IMG/VR virus record: IMGVR_UViG_3300015615_000629
Coordinates: 432,711 to 496,710 of that record
DNA: 64,000 nucleotides
From: a virus
Lineage: Duplodnaviria; Heunggongvirae; Uroviricota; Caudoviricetes
Reading direction: 5' to 3' (one strand)
In this document: positions 7,954 to 15,196 of the stretch, piece by piece
Position numbering within the stretch: the stretch's first letter is position 1
Layout of the letters: every line of letters starts with the position of its first letter
Notes under the pieces: model-generated
The model's database searches: none
Told to the model about the DNA's origin: nothing
Seen by the model: only the letters and a program-made list of their open reading frames with translations
Program-made: the position numbers and the translations under genes

Positions 7954-9364
7954 AAACCATTTTAACGCCTAAAGAATTCGATTCTGATTGATTAAAGATT
8001 ATTTTTTCGCACTGTGAAACGGATAAGTTAGATTTTATTCGGTTACAATTGTTACATTTTAAATCATAATCGGAGGCTCCATATTTACTCTTAGGTTGTT
8101 TGTGATCAATTTGACAATTTTCTTCGTTTAATTTAATTCCACACATGGTACAGCGGCCATCTGATTCTAATTTGGCAATTGTTTTACTAATGCTTGGTAT
8201 GTCACGATTCTTTTTACTTAAATCAAAATTAGAAGCCAGTAATTCCTCCAATATTGTAAATCTATCTTCTATTGTTCCTGTATTGTCTTGATTTGATTTT
8301 AAATTTTGTTTATCTATACGCTTATAGAATTCTAGAATTACACTGTACATTTTATCCATGTTTTCTCTTATTTGAGAAATGGTTAAAACTTCTTCTTGTT
8401 GTTTTTTAACTAAAAATGCCAAAATATCTTTTAATGTATTTTGTTCAAGGATTTTGCCTATCTCATGTTTAAAGTCTAAAACATCCGAGACAACGTGACA
8501 CGTTCTCTTTAGAGTCTCAATGTTCTTCTTAATTTTAAGATCGTCAAGCATTATTTCTGTCACAAAACTTTTTTGATCATCTGTAATTTTTGAATTTTTT
8601 TCCAAATATTGCAGAATTTTATTGTCCAATTCTTTTATTGCTTCTTCTGCGACGATCTTTCTATAGCCGAATTTATCAGTAAAGGTAGGACCAAAACACA
8701 TATAACATACTGTATTGCACCACCTATATCCAGAGTATCTTCTGTTGTTGCTTAATTCTGCTCTTAAATGTTTTTTAAGAGGATTAAAGCAATAATTCCA
8801 AATATAATCCATTAAATTTTTTGTAAAAAAGTTATTGCAATATAAAGATTCATTCTTTTTCAGATTTTGCATAGCATTTATTCTTTCAAACAATGCACGT
8901 TGTTTCAACAAAGGCATTGGCTCCCATTGGACAACATTAACACCATAATTTACAAAAGGCAAATAATATTTTGTTTTAGCAATATCTCCGAATTTCATAA
9001 GTTTGTTTTCAATTTTTATTGCGAAAATATTATTGTAGAAATCTCGTATACATTGAAGCCTCTGTTTGCCATCCAATACATTGAATATAGTCGCTTCGGG
9101 AACTTCAATGTGTATGTTTTCACGAACTGTGGTTCGTGTTTGTGTAGTGCTTTGCTTGACCAAATGGCAGGTGCCGATAGGAATTCTATATAATATTGAT
9201 TCAATCAAATTAACTTTCATTGGTTTACTCCAGACATCATTTCCGCGTTGGTATGGAGTATCAAACTCACACAATGGGAACATTCCATGTAAGGTTGTAA
9301 TTGGAATTAGGCTTTGTTCTTGCTTTGATAAGTCTTCTGCTGTTAATAAATCGTCGATATTCAT
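7907..9364 (-). CDS. DUF262 (ParB/Srx-like, DGQQR) plus C-terminal HNH nuclease, GmrSD-like fusion
   Basis: VLDGKQRL is the DGQQR-type motif, and CTMCGIKLNEENCQIDHKQP...CNNCNRIKSN is an HNH motif near the C-terminus. ATG at 9364. It is the only minus-strand gene within a plus-strand block. Confidence 0.65.
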   Translation of the reverse strand: MNIDDLLTAEDLSKQEQSLIPITTLHGMFPLCEFDTPYQRGNDVWSKPMKVNLIESILYRIPIGTCHLVKQSTTQTRTTVRENIHIEVPEATIFNVLDGKQRLQCIRDFYNNIFAIKIENKLMKFGDIAKTKYYLPFVNYGVNVVQWEPMPLLKQRALFERINAMQNLKKNESLYCNNFFTKNLMDYIWNYCFNPLKKHLRAELSNNRRYSGYRWCNTVCYMCFGPTFTDKFGYRKIVAEEAIKELDNKILQYLEKNSKITDDQKSFVTEIMLDDLKIKKNIETLKRTCHVVSDVLDFKHEIGKILEQNTLKDILAFLVKKQQEEVLTISQIRENMDKMYSVILEFYKRIDKQNLKSNQDNTGTIEDRFTILEELLASNFDLSKKNRDIPSISKTIAKLESDGRCTMCGIKLNEENCQIDHKQPKSKYGASDYDLKCNNCNRIKSNLSVSQCEKIIFNQSESNSLGVKMVFNQSTPIPSDARLKP

Positions 9365-9426
9365 ATTTATTTTCTTCTCCTGTGTCTTATATTAGCACAC
9401 CTAAATTAAAAATCAACACATTTTTT

Positions 9427-9470
9427 ATAAAATTGTGTAAAATTCTATAAAATTGTATAAAATTTTACGA
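9427..9470. repeat. Imperfect 20-bp direct repeat, TATAAAATTGTGTAAAATTC / TATAAAATTGTATAAAATTT
   Basis: Read directly from the sequence. It gives four TATAAAAT (-10/late-promoter-like) cores in 44 bp, between divergent transcription units. Confidence 0.6.
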
Positions 9471-9523
9471 AAACCAGCACCAGTTCCCAGAAATCTTTAT
9501 TTATTTTAAGATGCTTAAATAAA

Positions 9524-9548
9524 ACTGGCACGCATAGTCCGCGTGCCA
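9524..9548 (+). promoter_or_regulatory. Perfect 9-bp stem / 7-nt loop hairpin (CTGGCACGC-atagtcc-GCGTGCCAG) directly abutting an AAAGGAG SD
   Basis: Read directly from the sequence. It is GC-rich within AT-rich DNA and ends 1 nt before the SD of the 23-aa ORF. Confidence 0.5.
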
Positions 9549-9561
9549 GAAAGGAGTTCAA

Positions 9562-9633
9562 ATGAACACAAAAGTTTATACTCTGGTTCTACTTGGTATA
9601 GTTTTTGCGATCTTGGCTTTAGCCATTTTGTAA
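9562..9633 (+). CDS. 23-aa hydrophobic peptide (MNTKVYTLVLLGIVFAILALAIL)
   Basis: Strong AAAGGAG SD 6 nt upstream of ATG. A single TM-length helix is followed by tandem terminators. The ORF is below the track's size cut-off. Confidence 0.4.
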   Translation: MNTKVYTLVLLGIVFAILALAIL

Positions 9634-9643
9634 GAATTAGGCT

Positions 9644-9700
9644 AAAACCGGCCTCCTATTTGAATAAGAAAAAATAGGGGGCCGGTTTACGGCCCCCTTA
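9644..9700. terminator. Two overlapping GC-rich hairpins (AAACCGGCCTCCTATTT..AAATAGGGGGCCGGTTT and GGGGGCCG-gttta-CGGCCCCC); bidirectional terminator between convergent genes
   Basis: Read directly from the sequence. It is flanked by A/T runs and lies between the + peptide ORF and the - gene 9749..10102. Confidence 0.55.
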
Positions 9701-9748
9701 GCACTTCTAAAAATCCACTTAGAAAGGAAAGGTCAAGTGCTAGATGTA

Positions 9749-10102
9749 TTAGAGCGAGCCCTTTGTAAAGATCGCGTAATCAATTACGTCAGTACCGTTG
9801 CCAGTAATAACGAACGAAACCCATGTGCCAGCACTGTCTGTGCGGGTCGTCACACGCGGCAAAGTCGTAGTAGCAGAAACGGCAGTCAACATAATCGTGT
9901 AGTGAGCATACCCACCAGGAAGAGCAGTCGTAAACGTAACAGTCTTCGTGCCACCCGAAAGGGTAACTTCATCAGTCATCACCAAATGCGGTGTAGTAAG
10001 AGGGGCTGTGGCCGGGGCGTAAATGTTACGTCCGTTGCCAGGACCAGTCTGCCCAGGATAAGCAGCACCCTTACCTTTGCCTGTTGCACTAGTTGCACTC
10101 AT
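9749..10102 (-). CDS. Small Thr/Gly-rich beta-rich protein with GC-rich codon usage
   Basis: GGAGATAAAAAT-ATG SD. The sequence is coherent (TKTVTFTTALPGGYAHYTIMLTAVSATTTL). The antisense + ORF 9737..10207 is R/S/C-rich junk. Third-position GC is clearly higher than in neighbouring genes. Confidence 0.5.
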   Translation of the reverse strand: MSATSATGKGKGAAYPGQTGPGNGRNIYAPATAPLTTPHLVMTDEVTLSGGTKTVTFTTALPGGYAHYTIMLTAVSATTTLPRVTTRTDSAGTWVSFVITGNGTDVIDYAIFTKGSL

Positions 10103-10196
10103 ATTTTTATCTCCTTGGGAATATCCCTTTGTGTTAACTTATCTAAACCACCCAAATATAAATTCTGGAATAATTTAATCCACACTACTATAGTGT

Positions 10197-10763
10197 ATGC
10201 ACGATAAAAATCCAGATTTTACAAAACGTCAATTACAAGTTATTCGAGGAACCATTTTAGGAGGTTCCTCTATAGTAAAACCCAAAGCAGGAACCAACTG
10301 TTATCTGTCCATACGCTCTAAAAACAAGACTTGGTTTGAATTTAAAATAGCAGAATTAGAGAATTTTTCAAGACAACATTCAATTCATTCGGATGTTACT
10401 TATCGCTGGCAATCTACCTGTTATCCTATCTTTAATGAATTTAGGGAAGAATTTTATCAAGAAAATGCCAGGAATTTAAAAATTGACAGTCTAAATGTAC
10501 TTACCGACGTTGCTATGGGGATTTGGGTAACAGATTCCGCCAAACTACTTAAAAACTCTCTAATACTTAAAACTAACATCTGGGGTAAAGATGGCACGGA
10601 AGTTATCAATGAATATTTTGGATTAATTGGATATAACTCTAAAGTTATACTGGAAAAAGGTTTATATCGAGTCCAACTCGATGAAGAATCAAGTGAAAAA
10701 GTTAAAAAACTAGTTTCTCCGCATTTAGCAATATTTTGGAGTAGATTACATGTCACCAGATGA
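10197..10763 (+). CDS. LAGLIDADG-family homing endonuclease (two-motif, single chain)
   Basis: VIRGTILGGSSI and LTDVAMGIWVTDSAKL resemble the two LAGLIDADG helices (LxGxxxGDGS / WxxDDG-type). ATG at 10197. Confidence 0.5.
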   Translation: MHDKNPDFTKRQLQVIRGTILGGSSIVKPKAGTNCYLSIRSKNKTWFEFKIAELENFSRQHSIHSDVTYRWQSTCYPIFNEFREEFYQENARNLKIDSLNVLTDVAMGIWVTDSAKLLKNSLILKTNIWGKDGTEVINEYFGLIGYNSKVILEKGLYRVQLDEESSEKVKKLVSPHLAIFWSRLHVTR

Positions 10764-12006
10764 AATAGTAAAGACTCTCAAAAAGAATGTCCTAATTCCA
10801 GAACAACCTTTTGTAGTGGATACTGACAAATCTATAGGCTCTTGGATATTTGATTCTGTAACAGCCAAATTTTATCTAGATTGCTTTTCTCAATATGGTT
10901 CCCAACCAATTGGTTGGAATCATCCTTTACTCCTAGCCAGAAAAGACGAAATAGCGGACGCTGCTATTCATAAAGTTGCCAATTCCGATATGCTCACTAA
11001 AGTTTATGCTCAGTTCATGAGTAGATTTTCTAAGATTACCAAAGATTTTAAAAACCACTTTTTCATTTGTGGTGGAGCTTTGGCAGTTGAAAACAGCCTA
11101 AAAGCAGCATTTGATTACAAGGCTCAAAAACTGAACCTATCAGAAAAACAAGTAAACAATTTAGATGTTGTTCATTTGAGAGATGCTTTTCATGGAAGAT
11201 CCGGTTATACATTGTCGCTAACAAACAACAGTAAAACTACCCTTAAAACAAAAAGATTTCCTAAATTCAATTGGACTACAGTTACAAATCCAAAAATTAC
11301 ATTTCCAATCGATGAAAATAAAGTTAAGAACCTGGAAACATCTAGTTTACTTGAAATCGAACACGCCCTTAAGAAAGGAAATGTAGCAGCCCTAATTGTG
11401 GAATTGATCCAATCTGAGGGAGGAGATCACCATTTCAGAAAAGAATACATTAAGGAGTTAAGGAAAATTACAAAAGACTATGATGTTATGTTTATAGTCG
11501 ATGAAGTTCAAACAGGGATGGGAATGACAGGTAAGTTATGGGCTTATCAACACTTTGACATTGTGCCTGATATGCTTGTATTTGGCAAAAAGACTCAAGT
11601 TTGTGGGTTCTGCTCTACAAATAAGATTAATGAGATAGAAGACAATGTCTTCAAAACAAGATATAGGATTAATTCTACATGGGGTGGCAATTCAACAGAT
11701 TTTGCTCGATCTACTATCTACATGGACATCATTGAATCCGAAGGATTAGTTGAAAATGCTAGAAGAAAAGGCGATCTGCTAAGAAAATTGCTGGCGAATT
11801 TTGAAGTTTCAAATATAAGGGGCAGAGGACTAATCTTAGCATTTGATCTAGAGAATGAAGAAGAAAGAGACAAATTCTTTAAGAAAATCAAGAAAAAGAT
11901 GCTTGTTCTGCCTTGTGGGGAGAAATCAATCCGCTTTAGACCACATCTAGACATCACTGAAGCAAATATCTTAAAAGCTGCCCAATTCGTTTCAGAATGT
12001 CTTTAA
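10750..12006 (+). CDS. Class-III PLP-dependent aminotransferase (lysine 6-aminotransferase-like)
   Basis: FIVDEVQTGMGMTGKLWAYQHFDIVPDMLVFGKKTQVCG contains the DEVQTG...GK signature and a PLP-lysine region. GGAG SD upstream. Confidence 0.75.
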   Translation: MSPDEIVKTLKKNVLIPEQPFVVDTDKSIGSWIFDSVTAKFYLDCFSQYGSQPIGWNHPLLLARKDEIADAAIHKVANSDMLTKVYAQFMSRFSKITKDFKNHFFICGGALAVENSLKAAFDYKAQKLNLSEKQVNNLDVVHLRDAFHGRSGYTLSLTNNSKTTLKTKRFPKFNWTTVTNPKITFPIDENKVKNLETSSLLEIEHALKKGNVAALIVELIQSEGGDHHFRKEYIKELRKITKDYDVMFIVDEVQTGMGMTGKLWAYQHFDIVPDMLVFGKKTQVCGFCSTNKINEIEDNVFKTRYRINSTWGGNSTDFARSTIYMDIIESEGLVENARRKGDLLRKLLANFEVSNIRGRGLILAFDLENEEERDKFFKKIKKKMLVLPCGEKSIRFRPHLDITEANILKAAQFVSECL

Positions 12007-12647
12007 TGAACTGGAGGTGCTCCAGGCATTTGCTGTGTTCCTGGCAATGACGGGGGTGTTGCTCCTGTTGGCTGTTGAAAATTAGCCTGTGTCATGGGCG
12101 TATGCGGCTGTTTCCAACCAGTTGAAGCATTTTGAGTAGTTTGAGCAGGGATGGCAGTTTGGCTCTGCATTAAAGTATTTTTTATTCCAAAAAGCCATTT
12201 TGTTAATAATTCTTTACCATCTGCTGTCCTCATTTGAGACATTTGTGGATCTTTCGATATGGTTTGAGATAGGCCATCTATTGCCTTTACAGCAGCAGAA
12301 AACCGTGCTTGGGGTCCGGTAAAATAATTCATAAACTGTTTGCCCATTGTTCCTAGAGCCGAGCCGGCCGTGTTTGCCATGTTTCCCATAGTTTGCCCGA
12401 AGCCTGGAGATGTTGGCATTTGAGGTTGCGAGGCCATTTGAGCCATTTGAGGAGCCAATTCATGAAAACGTCTCATTCCTTCGATTTGATCTTGAATAAG
12501 TGCGTCTTGTAAATTTTGATCTACATCGCCAGCCCAGTTAATTAACCATTCTTGAGGGTTTAATTCTTGTTCTACCATCATGGTGGCGATTTCATGAATT
12601 AAAGATTGCAGCGGACGAGATGATAAATAGGTATTGAAACTCTTCAT
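12003..12647 (-). CDS. Gln/Met-rich low-complexity protein
   Basis: No competing + ORF. The track start is TTG 12677 and the first ATG is 12647. It is divergent from 12678 (+). Confidence 0.35.
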   Translation of the reverse strand: MKSFNTYLSSRPLQSLIHEIATMMVEQELNPQEWLINWAGDVDQNLQDALIQDQIEGMRRFHELAPQMAQMASQPQMPTSPGFGQTMGNMANTAGSALGTMGKQFMNYFTGPQARFSAAVKAIDGLSQTISKDPQMSQMRTADGKELLTKWLFGIKNTLMQSQTAIPAQTTQNASTGWKQPHTPMTQANFQQPTGATPPSLPGTQQMPGAPPVH

Positions 12648-12677
12648 AGATTTATATATATAATTAGGGGAATTCAA

Positions 12678-13232
12678 ATGGACGATAAACTACAAAAATT
12701 TTTACCTTTTATAGTAGCTGGCTTGGCAGCTTTACTTATCTATGTTGCCATAGATAAAAATAAAACCAAGCCTATTTTAAAGAATTTGCCTGGACAACAT
12801 CATGAATGGAGTCCACAAGAATCTTGGGATTCAAAGCAGCAACCGGCTCCTGAAGAAGAACTTCCACCCGAAGAAACTTTACCTCCTGGTAAAGTTGTCA
12901 ACGATTACGAGGAAGCTTTAGCGGCTGCCAAAGAGAATAATCAACTAATTTTTCTTATTTTCCATACCAACACCTGTCCAAATTGCAGGACAATGGAAGA
13001 AACCCTAAATAACGACAATGTAAAAGCAGCAATGAAAAATGTAATCATTTGCTCTGTTGATGCAAATGCTGAGAAAAGATTATCAAGAAAATACAAGATT
13101 CAAGTAGTTCCAGCCTATTTTATGGTTGATGGAAACGAAACTATTCTAAACCACGGCACCGGAGCAGTATCGGAACAAGTCTTTGTAGATTGGTTAAATA
13201 GAAAATGGAGCGGCCACCACAGTTGGCGTTAA
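12678..13232 (+). CDS. Membrane-anchored thioredoxin-fold protein (CPNC active site)
   Basis: N-terminal TM helix, LPFIVAGLAALLIYVAI, then QLIFLIFHTNTCPNCRTMEETL (a Cys-x-x-Cys motif preceded by a beta-strand) and VVPAYFMVDG. Confidence 0.6.
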   Translation: MDDKLQKFLPFIVAGLAALLIYVAIDKNKTKPILKNLPGQHHEWSPQESWDSKQQPAPEEELPPEETLPPGKVVNDYEEALAAAKENNQLIFLIFHTNTCPNCRTMEETLNNDNVKAAMKNVIICSVDANAEKRLSRKYKIQVVPAYFMVDGNETILNHGTGAVSEQVFVDWLNRKWSGHHSWR

Positions 13233-13235
13233 TTT

Positions 13236-13418
13236 ATGATTTCAAGACAGTTGTTTAATTGGACAAAGAAAAAGAGAATTCGAAACTATACTCTTGAAGA
13301 AGTCGAGAACTTAATCGTCGAAATCAAGAAGTTCAATGCTGGCGTTATTGACAAATATCTAGACGCCCACGTAGACGAAGCCTTCGAAGAATGGCGTCGT
13401 AAACTCGAAAATTGTTAG
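13236..13418 (+). CDS. Hypothetical small protein
   Basis: ATG-initiated 60-aa ORF. Confidence 0.3.
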   Translation: MISRQLFNWTKKKRIRNYTLEEVENLIVEIKKFNAGVIDKYLDAHVDEAFEEWRRKLENC

Positions 13419-13473
13419 AAAAAAATATTCTCGCGTCACTAATCTAAGGTGATTTCTTTTAGTCGAGGATATT

Positions 13474-13662
13474 ATGTCTCAAAAAACCGTTAGAGAATTA
13501 GCTGTTCAAATAGCTAATTCTTTAAATTCCTATTGTTTATTTGACGGTGCCGCAGATACGTCACCAACCTCCTGGGCTATAAAAGAAAGTTCTAGAATAA
13601 TCGAGGAACACATTAAGGAATATCTTGAGCAAAATCAGACCCATCTTCAAAATCCAAGGTAG
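13474..13662 (+). CDS. Hypothetical small protein
   Basis: GAGGA SD 5 nt upstream of ATG. Confidence 0.4.
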   Translation: MSQKTVRELAVQIANSLNSYCLFDGAADTSPTSWAIKESSRIIEEHIKEYLEQNQTHLQNPR

Positions 13663-14398
13663 TAAACATTTGTTGGCTAGCTGGATAATTGACCATTTTC
13701 CTGAAAATTACGAAAATTTAAATTATTTGGAACCTTTCTGCGGCTCAGCAGGGGTGTTTTTTCATAAAACCCCCACCACAGAAGGGTTTACAGAGAATCT
13801 AAACGATGCAGATTCAGGGATAATTCAAATTTTTAGAGCCCTACGCGATGAACCTAAACTATTTACAAGTAGGATTAAAAGGATTCATTATACTGAACAA
13901 ACGTTCAAGCGAGCTAAAAACAGGGGTGAAGAATTTGAAGATTATATAGATTATGCGGTAAATGAGTTTGTTTTACGAAGGATGAGCCGCAATGGAGCAA
14001 AACAGAACTTTGCTTGGACGGAACGCCAGAGGGGTGGACAACCAAGTGATGTAAATGCCTGGGAAAGCATAACAGAGTACCTGCCAGAAGCCGCTCAACG
14101 TGTTAAAAGTATATTTCTTCTCAATAAAAATGCCATTAAAGTTATCCAAGCGTTCAATAGTGAAAATAGTTTAATCTATGTTGATCCACCCACGGACCCA
14201 ACTATTTCTAAAGAGCCATCTGAAATGGATTTAGATGCACATACGTTATTGGCTAAAATATTAAATCAAAGTAAAGCCAAAGTCTTGATTAGTGGATATG
14301 ACACGACATTTTATAAAAGGCTTTACAAAGAATGGAAGTGTTCTAAGAAAAGCAAGGACAAAAAGGTTAAAGCAGAATGTCTTTGGCGTAATTTCTAA
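13625..14398 (+). CDS. Dam-like DNA N6-adenine methyltransferase (D12 class) with atypical DPPT motif IV
   Basis: PIFKIQGSKHLL, EPFCGSAGVFF (motif I) and YVDPPT (motif IV, Y to T). The only in-frame start that includes the conserved N-terminus is TTG 13625, which overlaps the upstream ORF. Confidence 0.6.
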   Translation: MSKIRPIFKIQGSKHLLASWIIDHFPENYENLNYLEPFCGSAGVFFHKTPTTEGFTENLNDADSGIIQIFRALRDEPKLFTSRIKRIHYTEQTFKRAKNRGEEFEDYIDYAVNEFVLRRMSRNGAKQNFAWTERQRGGQPSDVNAWESITEYLPEAAQRVKSIFLLNKNAIKVIQAFNSENSLIYVDPPTDPTISKEPSEMDLDAHTLLAKILNQSKAKVLISGYDTTFYKRLYKEWKCSKKSKDKKVKAECLWRNF

Positions 14399-14409
14399 CT
14401 ATATAAAGA

Positions 14410-14580
14410 ATGGATTTCAGACAATGGTTAGAGAATGCTTGTGAGGTAAAATCTGCTCGTCTTTCTAATACGGCACAGGATTTAGATTTCTCCTTTTTAA
14501 AGAGCAAGTATCAATCTGGTACAAAAAAAGACCATCGTCGTCTTAATCCTGAGAAAACTTTTGGCAAACCGAATAAATAA
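14410..14580 (+). CDS. Unlisted 56-aa ORF in a 200-bp gap
   Basis: ATG...TAA reading MDFRQWLENACEVKSARLSN...; weak SD. Below the track cut-off. Confidence 0.2.
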   Translation: MDFRQWLENACEVKSARLSNTAQDLDFSFLKSKYQSGTKKDHRRLNPEKTFGKPNK

Positions 14581-14594
14581 TCTAAAGGAGAAAC

Positions 14595-14933
14595 ATGTCA
14601 CAAACTAATGATAGTCAACCGAACAATCCAGTAATTGTCTTCTCGGTTAATCTCACGCCTGTTACTGAAACTACGATTGGGCCGCTTACAAATAGTCGTA
14701 CAACGGGTATTTTATCGCCAGATCGTTTCCAATCCAGCCCAGATCAAGCCTTTATTGATATGGCCACTAGAGATAACTATATCTCAACTTGGCTTCCTGG
14801 CTTACTTGATGGAGAAAATAGAAAGCTCAAGGCAGGAGATACGTTTACTGTAAAAGGTGAAAAGGCTTACTATATTAAGCAACGATATACCACAGGCACG
14901 AATCCGATACTATCCGTTGTTTCGGAGTCCTAA
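14595..14933 (+). CDS. Hypothetical protein
   Basis: AAAGGAGAAAC-ATG, a strong SD. Confidence 0.5.
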   Translation: MSQTNDSQPNNPVIVFSVNLTPVTETTIGPLTNSRTTGILSPDRFQSSPDQAFIDMATRDNYISTWLPGLLDGENRKLKAGDTFTVKGEKAYYIKQRYTTGTNPILSVVSES

Positions 14934-15193
14934 TGAGCTTTTTAAAAGCCCTTGAATTAGCAGAGAACCAGGATCCGGCCATTGTGGCAATTCAAAAAGG
15001 AATTGACATTAGGCATCCTGGTTCTCCTGATTTTTGGGATGATTTTACAAGAATCTGTGCAAATCCTGAAGCCTTGGCTGCTCTATTAGACGTATCCAGG
15101 GACAAAGTTGCCAGCTGGCCGCAAAAAATTAAAACAATGAGGGCAAATCTCCCCAATAATGGGGATTACAATAAAATGATCAATACTGGTTAG
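14933..15193 (+). CDS. Hypothetical protein
   Basis: TAATG stop-start coupling. Confidence 0.4.
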   Translation: MSFLKALELAENQDPAIVAIQKGIDIRHPGSPDFWDDFTRICANPEALAALLDVSRDKVASWPQKIKTMRANLPNNGDYNKMINTG

Positions 15194-15196
15194 ATT

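Noticed and set aside
9737-10207. 156-aa + ORF
   Set aside because: Arg/Ser/Cys-rich translation with no SD. It is the antisense of a well-formed minus-strand gene that has a strong SD.
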